Shown piece by piece: positions 9,001-17,940 of a stretch of DNA of 64,000 nt. Position numbers and translations under genes: made by a program. The stretch spans positions 6,301 through 70,300 of IMG/VR virus record IMGVR_UViG_3300034103_002674; one strand, given 5' to 3'. This DNA comes from a virus. How positions within the stretch are numbered: position 1 is the stretch's first letter; the number at the start of each line of letters is the position of its first letter. The notes under the pieces are model-generated. The model worked only from the letters and a program-made list of their open reading frames with translations, searched no databases and was not told where the DNA came from.

Positions 9001-10645
9001 ATCTCTCCATAAGCCCAAGCAAGAGCTCATTAGAAGCTCGCGCTTCTTCTGCTGAAGGCGTCACTGCATTCAGCGTATTTCTAAAGCTTTGTAGCTGGCC
9101 AACTGCTGCACCTACTTGTGCGGGAAGATTTTGAATGAATGCAAGCAATTTATAAGCCTGTCCAAATAAGACCACTTGCTTAGCGGCAAAGCCAAATTCT
9201 TCACCAAGCTCTCTGATTGTTCCAGTGCCTGGAAGATTAACTCCTCCAACGGCCCGACCAAAATCACCAGCACCTGGAATCATGCCGCCAAAGCCACCAA
9301 ATCGTCCGCCGCCTCCACCGGCAGGAGGCTGCGCTCCACCACCTCCAAACATGCTGCTTTGAGGAGTGATGCGACCCAGCGGCGACGAAGGATACATCAT
9401 TCCGCTCATTGGGAATTGTTCCATTGAGCCTCTGCCAATCATCCCTGACATTGGGAATTGTCCCATTGAACCAAGTGGCGATGAAGGCCCAATGGGAAGC
9501 CCAAGTAGCCTGTTTGCTTTGTTCAAAGAATATTGTGCAGCTCGGCTCAAAGGAACGTTTTCAGCCCCAATCATTGGTGCTGTAATTGGAGGAAGCCCCT
9601 TAAACATTTGCTGGGTCATTCGCGAGGCGCTAGTCTGCCCCGCTGCTGGCAATAGCTTTTGCGTCTGAGCACTATTTGCCGCTTTGGCGACCACCTGCAT
9701 AATGCCTTTGCCAATTTGACCCACCCATGGATCAGAAATATTGACTGTTCTTGTGTAGTCAGAAAAATCTTTTGCAATTGCTTTCAGCAAAGGGTCAAAT
9801 GCTCTCGGGGCATTAAAGCCAGGAAGAGTAAAACCCTCAGGAAATTGTTGCTGAAATGCCGCTTGGCGATTAGCCGCACCAACCAAATCGGTTGTAATGC
9901 GACTTTCCGGCATCATGCGCAGCATACGTTGCGCAGCACGAGGATTGCTGGTTAAATTAGCCATGCGATCCAGCATCTCATTGAGATTGGGCATGGAACG
10001 CGCAGCACTTGTTTGAGCCTGCCCACGAATGGGGCGAAGCTTCATTTGTAAGTCTTTTAATCCTTCAAAGACTGCATCTGCAATACCATCTGCTTCTTCT
10101 ACTAGTTTTTTCGCCTGCGCCGCAAGATCTTTCCTTCCTCCAGTTGGCGTGCCTCCTAAATCGCGAATGATTTTTTCTAGACCAGCAATGTTGTATCCAC
10201 CTTTGCTCAATGATCCCTTTTCAAGACGCGATAAAACCGCTTGTCTTGCAATGCGCTCTTGCGCTTGTTGCACGCCAAAAGCACGCCCAATCAGTCCCTG
10301 TTCGCGCATGAAGCGCTCAAGGCCAGCGGCTCCTTGCGGTCCCTGGGAAAAAGCTCCTCCCGCAGCGGCTTTAACCTTGCCGCTTAATTCCGTAAGTTTA
10401 CGAGCAAGCGTGTCTGCTTTCGCAATTTCAGCAGATAAATTTGTTTCGATATTTAAGCGATAATTTCTCCGCCTAATATTTGCACCAAGAGCATTAAGCT
10501 CATTCTGTACACTACGTCTATCAAATCTAATTTGCACCGGCAATGGAGTGCCAGCAGCAGCCTGCCCAAGGCCCGCTAATTGCTGCCTGAAGAAGGCTAG
10601 GTCAAGACTTACCTTAAGCTTCAATTCGGCGTCTTGAGCTGCCAT
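6071..10645 (-). CDS. Tail tape measure protein
   Basis: 1524 aa, Ala/Gly/Gln-rich helical. Tape-measure motif 'AFAQMASKGQVMSEELKGQLGD' and C-terminal 'FANGG...GPTLGLVGEG..EAIVPL'. Confidence 0.95.
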   Translation of the reverse strand: MAAQDAELKLKVSLDLAFFRQQLAGLGQAAAGTPLPVQIRFDRRSVQNELNALGANIRRRNYRLNIETNLSAEIAKADTLARKLTELSGKVKAAAGGAFSQGPQGAAGLERFMREQGLIGRAFGVQQAQERIARQAVLSRLEKGSLSKGGYNIAGLEKIIRDLGGTPTGGRKDLAAQAKKLVEEADGIADAVFEGLKDLQMKLRPIRGQAQTSAARSMPNLNEMLDRMANLTSNPRAAQRMLRMMPESRITTDLVGAANRQAAFQQQFPEGFTLPGFNAPRAFDPLLKAIAKDFSDYTRTVNISDPWVGQIGKGIMQVVAKAANSAQTQKLLPAAGQTSASRMTQQMFKGLPPITAPMIGAENVPLSRAAQYSLNKANRLLGLPIGPSSPLGSMGQFPMSGMIGRGSMEQFPMSGMMYPSSPLGRITPQSSMFGGGGAQPPAGGGGGRFGGFGGMIPGAGDFGRAVGGVNLPGTGTIRELGEEFGFAAKQVVLFGQAYKLLAFIQNLPAQVGAAVGQLQSFRNTLNAVTPSAEEARASNELLLGLMERYNVPLQSARDGFTKLYASMAPAGFSGDEIRDLFTGITKAAATFGMSADKVDRVNYAFAQMASKGQVMSEELKGQLGDVLPGAMALFAEAAGFEGPKAIQDFSAALEEGAYKGEAMVALLKNVTIVMNKEFGPGAEGAARTFQGVMNRMQNSMALFYESFEPIAVGFLNSVVVPMTDGIKQLTDGLNTFFTGTAAKTAGGFAIAQELERLRPAFDGIGQNVSTFVVQLGELARVALDVGKVFLQIAGNPIVGYLAKLYAIALPINIALGVMRGLWAANALQLLIFNARVASGTSTLSAFRGMMAATGATAQTTAASIRTAGITLRTFFATTGVGLVVVGISMLIEKFLTMNQALADTKAKAMGAAQAIRSMSQTEARAAEQQAQSAYQTIGAIAGRGGAQQPGGDRLVPVSEKELKQLQELGPIRSQQAPGGPIYVKRSEAMALAPQAQRLQSEAAFRQKQISFEEQQAQAPAVLGAIPPSEGEGKKKKGKELDEYSRSQLQFIQDQFDIEKQRLDKQLQGQLISQTQYDISLAELELETAKLEIAERYRLEVDKTNKDNLSAADKALKLKDLEINKNNALTIAEDKRNLAIGAARQKIIKPIIDEIDRETLGIQRQALQMEALKDGRLELTSAQEAELAVKERYADLAADERDIAKGELDLLTQIIAQRLENVKLLEKQTALTSAQRGLETIGTGLQAGFTGGAANVFERAMEQYGDEDYATQLANVETAAMQLRSVFEGLQGAIQGVSGAFANVLTEGVANMISGTATAKEVFAGFLESVGQALSQAASQMIATYIAIGIAKMFAGLGGGGADMSKTGITEGTLAPMRQYTDAAGNMAPNFAGFANGGIAPGGFRAFANGGVVSGPTLGLVGEGRYNEAIVPLPDGKSIPVQLGGKSARDLMGGNAPGMPQSPTLNMKFETTKINGVEYVSREQLEMAMAETRRASIAGGAARGMSMTLDKIQQSPSTRSRIGMR

Positions 10646-10685
10646 CTTGCTTTCTAATCACAGTCCCTTCATTCTATAATCATTG

Positions 10686-11114
10686 CTATTGATTACGTCC
10701 AGAAAAGTTTTTTAAATCATCAGCCAGCAAAGCAATAACTCTGCCGTCCATTTTTCTGGTTTTCATTAAACGTTGAAAAACAATCAAGCTCGCGTCGGTG
10801 ACGCCTGTATCTTTTTGTAAAGATTTTGTATCAAACGGCAGGAAGTCTTCCGGCTTAATTTTAGACTTGCGTCCAGCCATCATGCCCGCAGCCATTGTGC
10901 CAAGCTTTGCAATAGCAACGCTTTGCACATTGTATTTTGCAATGTCGTGCTTATCCAAATATTTCAATGCACGCTTAATATCAGACAATTGCTGCAGGCC
11001 AAATTGATCGGCATGCCATCGCCGATCATTAAAATCCGATGCAGAAAGTCGGAAATAAATCTCGTTCCAATCCGTTAAGCCTTTGAGCTGGTTACGCGCT
11101 CGCGCTTCCAGCAT
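10686..11114 (-). CDS. Tail assembly chaperone, T part (C-terminal segment of the G-T frameshift product)
   Basis: Lies in the -1 frame of the upstream ORF and is open from the A7 slippery run at 11147-11153; directly upstream of the tape measure gene. Confidence 0.75.
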   Translation of the reverse strand: MLEARARNQLKGLTDWNEIYFRLSASDFNDRRWHADQFGLQQLSDIKRALKYLDKHDIAKYNVQSVAIAKLGTMAAGMMAGRKSKIKPEDFLPFDTKSLQKDTGVTDASLIVFQRLMKTRKMDGRVIALLADDLKNFSGRNQ

Positions 11115-11119
11115 TTCCG

Positions 11120-11656
11120 CTACTGAGGAGAATTCCTCTTCGTTGCTTTTTTTGCGGCCACTGCCTCCTGCGTCTCAGCATTTTGCTCTTCAGCAATAAA
11201 CTCAACCACTTTAGTAATGGCTTTGCGCGGAAGATTTTTTGTATCTTCCATGTCCCAGTCAGACAAATCTTGCCATTCACCATCAATCATTCCCTGACCA
11301 CGAGAGCGCATGAAGGCAGTCACCATGCGGGCATTGGTGCTCTCTACCGACGAGCCGCTAGTAATCATGCTTAATGTTTCTTCCGTATATTCCGAAAGAA
11401 GTTCTGCTTCAGTGATAGAACCACCACCACCTTGCAATAGGCCAAAAGCTTCATCCAGAGGAATCTCTTTGTCTTTTGCAATGCGCTTAGCAAGTTGTAC
11501 AGCGCGAATAGTAGCCTGACTTTGAAGCTTGCTAATCTCTTCTTGCTCAATGGCTTCGGCAACTAGCCAGCCGCCATATTTCTTCAGACGGATACCTGGC
11601 AGAAGCTCGCAATACTCTTCAGCCTTGGTCTGCAGAAGGAAGCTGTATTTGCTCAT
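11120..11656 (-). CDS. Tail assembly chaperone G
   Basis: 178 aa ending ...AAKKATKRNSPQ with a GCA-AAA-AAA-GCA slippery site. Confidence 0.75.
   Translation of the reverse strand: MSKYSFLLQTKAEEYCELLPGIRLKKYGGWLVAEAIEQEEISKLQSQATIRAVQLAKRIAKDKEIPLDEAFGLLQGGGGSITEAELLSEYTEETLSMITSGSSVESTNARMVTAFMRSRGQGMIDGEWQDLSDWDMEDTKNLPRKAITKVVEFIAEEQNAETQEAVAAKKATKRNSPQ
11147..11153 (-). other. Programmed -1 ribosomal frameshift site (tail chaperone G/GT)
   Basis: A_AAA_AAA heptamer. The -1 frame reads AAA AAA AGC AAC GAA GAG GAA TTC TCC TCA GTA GCG GAA ATG, in frame with 10686..11114. Confidence 0.8.
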
Positions 11657-11882
11657 GATCGAGAACGTTTAACAATGCGTTGAATACCTTCACTCTTTCG
11701 CTGCTAGAGCGAAATTCTTTAGGCACTTCAACCAACATTGAATGAATTTCGTTGCTTATTCTAAGCGTCTCTTCCCGACAGGAAATAAGGCATAATATGC
11801 CAACGTCTAGAGCCATGCCGTTAAGCTCGCAATTAATGGCATGCACAGTATTATCCTGGCTCCATAGATAATCGATGTTCAT
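11619..11882 (-). CDS. Hypothetical protein (tail operon)
   Basis: 87-aa ORF overlapping both neighbours. Confidence 0.55.
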   Translation of the reverse strand: MNIDYLWSQDNTVHAINCELNGMALDVGILCLISCREETLRISNEIHSMLVEVPKEFRSSSERVKVFNALLNVLDHEQIQLPSADQG

Positions 11883-12331
11883 CCGCCCAATGCTTTACGT
11901 ATTCGCGATCTTAGCTCCTTGCTTACATTGCTACTTGCAAATAGATCGCGCTGCTGAAACACGTCTGTCCACTGCCTTGGCGCCAAATTAGTTGACAGTC
12001 CTTCATGAACATACCACGCATAGCCTCTTCCTGAACTATTCTTTGCATCCCAGTCCCACGATGCAGTGATATCTATGCTTCCTTGCGTAATTTTAAAGCT
12101 ATCCCTACCACTTCTATAAAGATCACCAAGATCGAAAATGTTACGTGGATCCCTGGCAAGCTCTCCGCTTTTCCTTTCTGTCTCTCCAGGATAGTTCCAC
12201 TTGTCTTCCGTGAATTGTCCACGAAAATAATCGTTCGCATCAAAACGTGCCCAAGTTTCAAAAGCTTGCGCTAATTTCTGCTCAAGAATTTTTCCATTAA
12301 TAATTGAGCCTCCATTAATGACTCCACTCAT
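11879..12331 (-). CDS. Putative neck / tail completion protein (HK97 gp10-like)
   Basis: 'RNIFDLGDLYRS...YAWYVHEG...PRQW' motif; syntenic position. Confidence 0.65.
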   Translation of the reverse strand: MSGVINGGSIINGKILEQKLAQAFETWARFDANDYFRGQFTEDKWNYPGETERKSGELARDPRNIFDLGDLYRSGRDSFKITQGSIDITASWDWDAKNSSGRGYAWYVHEGLSTNLAPRQWTDVFQQRDLFASSNVSKELRSRIRKALGG

Positions 12332-12738
12332 GGCGCAATTAAATTACGAAGAATTAAGTCTGGAATCAAAAATCGACAGCGCTCATAGGCAATATCATCT
12401 CCCTGAAAATACCTTGGCGTTGCATCAGGAAAACGTCTAACCATTCTGTCCATCGCGGTAGCGAGCGTATTGCTACTGGGTGTAAATTGTGTTAAAACCA
12501 CCTCCCATACTTGACTTACTTTTACAGTGCCTCCCAATGGAGAGCCAGGATTAAGGATTGGAAACTCTCTCATTGTCACTTCCAGCCCCTTCACTTTCCA
12601 TTCGTGCGGCACGCTTTGCCTTCCTACTACGTAAACAGCAGGAAGCGTGGATCCATTTGGTAATGTATAAAAACCAATTAAATTAGGCGATGCTGAAAGA
12701 AGCTCGCTAACTACTTCCCGAAGTTGTGCAATGTTCAC
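12328..12738 (-). CDS. Putative tail terminator / completion protein
   Basis: Adjacent to the tail tube gene. Start moved to GTG at 12738 because the longer ORF overlaps a terminator. Confidence 0.55.
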   Translation of the reverse strand: MNIAQLREVVSELLSASPNLIGFYTLPNGSTLPAVYVVGRQSVPHEWKVKGLEVTMREFPILNPGSPLGGTVKVSQVWEVVLTQFTPSSNTLATAMDRMVRRFPDATPRYFQGDDIAYERCRFLIPDLILRNLIAP

Positions 12739-12741
12739 AAT

Positions 12742-12768
12742 AAAAAAGCCTTCCCGTAAAGGAAGGCT
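12742..12768 (-). terminator. Intrinsic terminator after the major tail gene
   Basis: On the - strand, AGCCTTCC-TTTACG-GGAAGGC followed by T6. Confidence 0.7.
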
Positions 12769-12792
12769 AGCAAAGAACAATGGAAAGATGAA

Positions 12793-13371
12793 TCAGCTAT
12801 TGGGAGCCGAAGGGATGATGGAACCAGTCTCAGAGGCATTCTGGTGGATGCCAATGCGACCACGGCTAATCAGATCGAAGGTGCATTCCACGAGGTTATC
12901 AGCAGGATAGCTCTCGTTGTAGTTCATCACGCAAGCAGTAAATGCCACGCGATCATAGTAATAAGTAGTGCCAGAAGCGCCAAGCTGCTTGTTGATTTCC
13001 ACGTACACTTCGTGGTTCTTGTCATAGCGCGAAGCGCTAATCACTTGAAAAGCTTCGTCAAAGCTATTGGGCAGGAACACGGTGCCATCAACATCCTTCT
13101 GGAAATAGGAAGTGATGGAAGCAGTGGCCTGGCTAGTAACGATCACGCTATCAGCGAAACCGCCGCCGCCAAGCAGGTAAAATTCTTGGTTGCCATCGTT
13201 AAAGGCAACAGAAGCCGTGGTAGCGGCTTGCAGAGTGTAGAGGGTGGGAGCGCCGCTTACAGTGAAGGTAGCGCCGCTCTGGGTGATCACAGGACGTGCA
13301 GTTCCGTTGATCGAGCCAACGCGCACAATCACGTCTTGGCTCTTCACCAGTTCTGTGGGATGGTAAAGCAT
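12793..13371 (-). CDS. Major tail tube protein
   Basis: 192 aa, beta-rich 'NYNESYPADNLVECTFDL..RG'; C-ending codon bias like the capsid gene; followed by a terminator. Confidence 0.75.
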   Translation of the reverse strand: MLYHPTELVKSQDVIVRVGSINGTARPVITQSGATFTVSGAPTLYTLQAATTASVAFNDGNQEFYLLGGGGFADSVIVTSQATASITSYFQKDVDGTVFLPNSFDEAFQVISASRYDKNHEVYVEINKQLGASGTTYYYDRVAFTACVMNYNESYPADNLVECTFDLISRGRIGIHQNASETGSIIPSAPNS

Positions 13372-13424
13372 GAGAAGATCCTCAGCGATGGAAAGAATGA
13401 TTAAGCGGCGAAGGCTTGATTAGA

Positions 13425-13814
13425 TCAAGCATTGTCAACGCTTCCTTTGCCAATTAGTCTAAAAATTCCCCTAATTGGCGTGCCGAGGAACTGCCAATAA
13501 TGAATAGCAATCTCCTCGTTTGGCAACAGTTCAAAGCGCCCTTCTCTTCCATTGATTGTTGCTTGGGCGGAATCACCAGGCGTTACACCAGAGAGCGTAA
13601 GCGGAGAAGTGAGACGGCCTTCCATATAGACAGCCGTCTGGTCCGCACCAAGCAAATAATCGTACTGAGGATTGCGTTTTTGTCTTAACGATGCGTAATA
13701 AGTGACGCCCGTTGCAACTGCCACGTAATTCCCTGTTTCACTGTCAAGCGCATAGCCTGAAGCCACTGACCATACCAATGTGGAATTAGCAAGTGGCTCC
13801 AGGAAGTTGCTCAT
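13425..13814 (-). CDS. Putative head closure / head-tail joining protein
   Basis: Follows the adaptor gene; 'DSETGNY' beta-hairpin pattern. Confidence 0.55.
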   Translation of the reverse strand: MSNFLEPLANSTLVWSVASGYALDSETGNYVAVATGVTYYASLRQKRNPQYDYLLGADQTAVYMEGRLTSPLTLSGVTPGDSAQATINGREGRFELLPNEEIAIHYWQFLGTPIRGIFRLIGKGSVDNA

Positions 13815-14122
13815 ACAACGAAACCAACAGAAGAAGAAGGGAGCGTATTCAACATACGCTTGAACTCTTGACCATATTGAGTGGCATCTAGCCCCTCACC
13901 ATATACCTTGCCTTCAGTGGCACCAATTTGAATGCCCATTTGCGCAAGTTGAATGGCAATGATATGAGCAGCAAGAAACTTAACTGCCCTATCAGTTTGT
14001 TCCCCAAATACGTCTGCAGAAGCATCGTAAGTAGCCTCTGAGATGGCGCCATTCACAATTCCCGATGGATGGGGAGTGAATTCAGGGAACCGCTCAAGAA
14101 AACTCGCATAAGTGACGGCCAT
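13811..14122 (-). CDS. Head-tail adaptor (DUF4054-like)
   Basis: 'FLERFPEF...LAAH...ATQYGQEF' signature. Confidence 0.8.
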   Translation of the reverse strand: MAVTYASFLERFPEFTPHPSGIVNGAISEATYDASADVFGEQTDRAVKFLAAHIIAIQLAQMGIQIGATEGKVYGEGLDATQYGQEFKRMLNTLPSSSVGFVV

Positions 14123-14124
14123 AA

Positions 14125-14511
14125 TCAGGCTTTCCCAATACGAATGGCTTCTTGACGTTTGCTAATAGCATTACGCACCCTTACGCGGCCTTCAATCTTT
14201 TTCCAGCCATTCAACTGATCCGGATCATGAATGAGTTCAATCATGCGGATGGCTTCCACCATTGGCATTTGAGAAAGCGTTTGCACATCTTGAGGAATGT
14301 CTTCCACCATGATCTGCTCGCGCACTTCCTCGATGGCTCCGATGTTCATAAGGCGTTTAACTGCCTTATTTTCACGAGCCACTTTCCATTGATACTCTGG
14401 AATATCTTGATTAAGGCCAGGCGTGAGTTGAATCATGCCTGTTTGCGTAATAATGCCAAACCCGCCTTCACGGGGCGGGTTCTCAAGTTCGGGACGATAA
14501 GCAATGAGCAT
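14125..14511 (-). CDS. Hypothetical protein downstream of the capsid gene
   Basis: 128-aa ORF, 'IQLTPGLN', in the head operon. Confidence 0.6.
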   Translation of the reverse strand: MLIAYRPELENPPREGGFGIITQTGMIQLTPGLNQDIPEYQWKVARENKAVKRLMNIGAIEEVREQIMVEDIPQDVQTLSQMPMVEAIRMIELIHDPDQLNGWKKIEGRVRVRNAISKRQEAIRIGKA

Positions 14512-14566
14512 TGTTCAAAAGAAACAATTGTCCATAGCTTAACGCCCCTCCCTTGATCAACTATCC

Positions 14567-15475
14567 TCAGGCGGAAGCCTGAACGTAGATAACGCTCTTG
14601 GGATAGTACAGAGCCACGCCACCCACGCGAGCATGAGCGGGAACAATGAACTCAAGACCGCGCTGTTGAGGCGGGAAGAGTTCCAGGGGCTGAGGAATGT
14701 GCAGTTGCACCTTCTCGGGATCGCGCTTGTACACAACCATGCGGTTGGTGTTCAGCACGCTGTTGCCAGCATCCAGTTGGTTGATGGGTTCAACGTTGCG
14801 GATGTAAGGGTTGGTGCGCAGGAAGTATTCCAGCACGGTCACATCCGAAGAGTCGGAGTTGCGAGTAGTGGAAACTTTGTTGTAGTCCTCATAAGCCATG
14901 AGGATGGTGTCGGGCTGCTCCTTCATCTTGGAGGCGTTGATAATGGCGCTCACGCCATAGTTCAGCAGCTCCAGCATTTCCTGAGCAGTGGTGCCGCTAT
15001 CGGTGAACCACTTATCAGCAGCAACAACGTCCACGGTGGAGTTGTTAAAGAAACCAGACAGGCCAACAGTGCTCTCGCCGAACAGAGCCACTTCTTCAAC
15101 CTTCTCCTCATAGGCGCGACGCACAGCAGCAGCACGACGCTGCTCCAGAGCGATGTTGGCCATTTGAGCGGCACGCAGTTCCTGCACGGTGTAACCGAAG
15201 GAACCACCGAAGGAGCGGATGTTGATGCTCTTCTCAACTTGGCTGATATCGGCACGGGGCAGATCGTCAGCAGCATCAGCGATCAGCTTGAACTCACCAG
15301 TGGAGTCCATGATGCGATAGGTGAAGGTCTGAGCGCCAGGGCCAGCTTCACTAGTGACAGGCAGAATGGTCGGATACTTAATATCCGCATACTGCACTTC
15401 AAACACTTGGGGGCGGATGTACTCAAGCTGACGCTCAAGGAACAGACCCGCGTCATCCATACGGAATTCAGACAT
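14567..15475 (-). CDS. Major capsid protein (HK97 fold, DUF2184-like)
   Basis: 'FLERQLEYI...YTVQELRAA...HIPQPL...GGVALYYP' pattern; strong codon bias. Confidence 0.9.
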   Translation of the reverse strand: MSEFRMDDAGLFLERQLEYIRPQVFEVQYADIKYPTILPVTSEAGPGAQTFTYRIMDSTGEFKLIADAADDLPRADISQVEKSINIRSFGGSFGYTVQELRAAQMANIALEQRRAAAVRRAYEEKVEEVALFGESTVGLSGFFNNSTVDVVAADKWFTDSGTTAQEMLELLNYGVSAIINASKMKEQPDTILMAYEDYNKVSTTRNSDSSDVTVLEYFLRTNPYIRNVEPINQLDAGNSVLNTNRMVVYKRDPEKVQLHIPQPLELFPPQQRGLEFIVPAHARVGGVALYYPKSVIYVQASA

Positions 15476-15490
15476 TGTTAGGGCCTCCTA

Positions 15491-16051
15491 TCAAGAATCA
15501 GCGGAAAGAGTAAAGCTGGGGCCATTCAGCTCCAGAATTGCAATACCGCTGGAAGTGGTGGTGCTCAGGAAACGTGCGCCAGCGAGGCGAACAGTTTTGC
15601 CAGAAGCAAAAGCATGCGAGAATTGACCAGCCTTGCCAGTGCCGCTAGCGGAATACAGCACACGCACGGGCGAAGTGGGCGAAACAGCGCCGGTCACATA
15701 GACAGCCACTGCACCTTCGTTAGCCACGTTCAGCACTTGCTGATTCTTCACACCAGGACGGTTATTGGAATCCAGAGCGGTTTCGTCAACATAGGTGAGG
15801 ACGTTCACGCCTTGAACAGTGTCAGATGCGCCAGAGATGGTAGCAGCAGAGTTTGCAGCAGTACCAGCGGTGTTGTACACAACCACATTACCGAAAGGCA
15901 GCACAGCGCCAGTTTCGTTGACGTAGGTGCCGATGGTGTTGTCGCGAATGTCAGACAGTTGGCCTTCCAGCAGTGCGTCATGCTCCAGAGCGTAGCTCTG
16001 TTGCACGCCACCAGCCGAAGGAGTGCCCGAGGTAGAGAAAACAACGGCCAT
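15491..16051 (-). CDS. Capsid decoration / cement protein
   Basis: 186 aa, Ser/Thr/Ala/Gly-rich, between the protease and capsid genes; 'LPFGNVV...G.VAV'. Confidence 0.7.
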   Translation of the reverse strand: MAVVFSTSGTPSAGGVQQSYALEHDALLEGQLSDIRDNTIGTYVNETGAVLPFGNVVVYNTAGTAANSAATISGASDTVQGVNVLTYVDETALDSNNRPGVKNQQVLNVANEGAVAVYVTGAVSPTSPVRVLYSASGTGKAGQFSHAFASGKTVRLAGARFLSTTTSSGIAILELNGPSFTLSADS

Positions 16052-16053
16052 GA

Positions 16054-17253
16054 TTACTTAGCCTCCTTAGAAATGGAAAGGGGCTTCTTCCAGGCATTCT
16101 GCAGCATATCCATATAAGCGGACGGCGCAGAAACAGGAGAAGCAATGGAAGCTACGGCTTTACGCAGCTCATCAGTGGTGGCAGAATCAGAACGACCTTC
16201 AGAGAGAGTGTCGAACATTGCCTGTACGTAGTCGTCGCTTTTCTCAGAAAGATCAAGCTCATCACCACGCACTGCTTTGATGGAATCAACCATCACTTCA
16301 CGGGCAGTTTTGCCAGTGAATTCATAAGCGCTATCCAGAACGGGCTTGGCTTTCTCAATGAGAGCCACGCGCTCTTCAACCATCGAATCAAGGTTGATTT
16401 CTTGGGCAGCAGTCAGTTCAGTCTTCAGTTCTTCGACCTGCTCAGCCAGAGCATCGGCCCGCCCTTCGGCAGAATCCATTTTGCCCTTCATTTCTTTTTC
16501 CATGGCGTCCATTTCAGACTTCATGGAATCAGCGGCTGCTTGCAGTTCGTCGTACTTCTTCTTCATGTCCTCGAAGGACATTTTGGCGTCTTCGCGTTCT
16601 TTAGTGATCGCAAGAGCAACGCTCTCCGTCACTTCAAACTCGGCGCCATCAAACACGACTTTTGCAGTCATTAGATGGTCTCCTCCGTTAGAGATCAAAG
16701 ATGGGTCAGCAGCATCTTGACGATCAAGATGAAGCTTCACTTGCGGGCCAGCGCGGCCCCGACGAACAATAGCGATGTGATTGCCGATGATTTCCTTTTG
16801 GACGCCATCGTAATGCTCGCCATTTTCTGTAACGCCAGGCGTGGGATCGTAATTCACCCTGTAGCCAGCGCTTACCTCACGAGCATCCCCCTTCATGATG
16901 CGCTTAATGGTGTCTTCGTCAGTGATTGTCATCACTGCTTTAACAAAACCATTGTCGTACACCACTTCGGTGCCACTAAAGCCCACTTGGTAGTCTTTGG
17001 TGTTCTCAGAATCGAGAAGTACGGGGGGATGTTCCGAAGTGATTGCCTTGCCCGCAAATGAAGCAAGACTATCGGGAGACGCCACTTCTATTTCGGGACG
17101 ATATTCACGACGAATGGAGCCATCACTATCTGTGTAGTGTTGGATGCCAGTGCGTGCGATAGAAGCCCATGCCCGAAGATAACCTTCTGGCGTGAGTTCG
17201 TATTTCTCAATAGGAGAGAAATCGTATCGACAAGAAATGGTGCTCATATTCAT
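16054..17253 (-). CDS. Prohead protease-scaffold fusion (DUF2213-like)
   Basis: 'TPEGYL...ARTGIQHY...ITSEHP...EVSAGY...NHIAIVRRGRAG' followed by a coiled-coil scaffold. Confidence 0.88.
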   Translation of the reverse strand: MNMSTISCRYDFSPIEKYELTPEGYLRAWASIARTGIQHYTDSDGSIRREYRPEIEVASPDSLASFAGKAITSEHPPVLLDSENTKDYQVGFSGTEVVYDNGFVKAVMTITDEDTIKRIMKGDAREVSAGYRVNYDPTPGVTENGEHYDGVQKEIIGNHIAIVRRGRAGPQVKLHLDRQDAADPSLISNGGDHLMTAKVVFDGAEFEVTESVALAITKEREDAKMSFEDMKKKYDELQAAADSMKSEMDAMEKEMKGKMDSAEGRADALAEQVEELKTELTAAQEINLDSMVEERVALIEKAKPVLDSAYEFTGKTAREVMVDSIKAVRGDELDLSEKSDDYVQAMFDTLSEGRSDSATTDELRKAVASIASPVSAPSAYMDMLQNAWKKPLSISKEAK

Positions 17254-17312
17254 ACTTTATCAAGAAGCGAATGTTATACTTTATAAGCTTATGCAAAATG
17301 GAATAAAAACTT

Positions 17313-17591
17313 GTGATGTTCTTGGCACGCAGCACGACGGACGCTCTTAAACTTCCCCATCAAGAAGCTCGTATTCTCATTGCAAGTCGCATTAAAGAAG
17401 CCCGGCTTAATGCCGGGCTCACTCAACATGACGTGGCAAAAGAGCTTCACATCAGTCAAAGTTCTTACTGCCGCATCGAAAAAGGCACTGCCCCACCAGA
17501 TTGCGTGCAAATTCGCACTCTTAGTGGTCTCTATGGAATTAGCGTGCTGTGGTTGATGGGCTACCCATCATTCATTGCAAAAATTAATTGA
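17313..17591 (+). CDS. XRE-family helix-turn-helix regulator
   Basis: 'RIKEARLNAGLTQHDVAKELHISQSSYCRIEKG'. Confidence 0.88.
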   Translation: MMFLARSTTDALKLPHQEARILIASRIKEARLNAGLTQHDVAKELHISQSSYCRIEKGTAPPDCVQIRTLSGLYGISVLWLMGYPSFIAKIN

Positions 17592-17620
17592 TTTCTCAAT
17601 AAACGCCATTTATTGAGAAA
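17592..17620. terminator. AT-rich 12-bp inverted repeat between convergent genes
   Basis: TTTCTCAATAAA-CGCCA-TTTATTGAGAAA. Confidence 0.5.
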
Positions 17621-17628
17621 CTAAATAA

Positions 17629-17940
17629 TCAGTCCTCGTCGTCGTCTTCGCCACGAATGCTGGCAAGCTGATTTTCAATGTCTTCCATAATGTAAGACTT
17701 TGCCATCGCCTCAATTTCAAACGTGAGGAACTTTGTCGGCTCAAAATGCTCGTCTGGTTTTTCATAAACGCTCATCACATAGATGTGCGTTTCATCTAGT
17801 CGGCCATTCTTAAAACATTGCTTTTCGACAAGCTCCCACCGCGAAGTATTGCGATGCTCATTAGCCGACAAAATAGACAGAGCCTTCAAAAGACCAATAC
17901 CTTCATCCTCTTCTTCAATGACACGCACATATTCGCTCAT
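17629..17940 (-). CDS. Hypothetical acidic protein
   Basis: 103-aa ORF overlapping the upstream stop (ATGA). Confidence 0.65.
   Translation of the reverse strand: MSEYVRVIEEEDEGIGLLKALSILSANEHRNTSRWELVEKQCFKNGRLDETHIYVMSVYEKPDEHFEPTKFLTFEIEAMAKSYIMEDIENQLASIRGEDDDED

Noticed and set aside
12844-17061. Long + strand ORFs antisense to tail tube, capsid, decoration and protease genes
   Set aside because: They are shadow ORFs caused by codon bias of highly expressed genes and carry no motifs.
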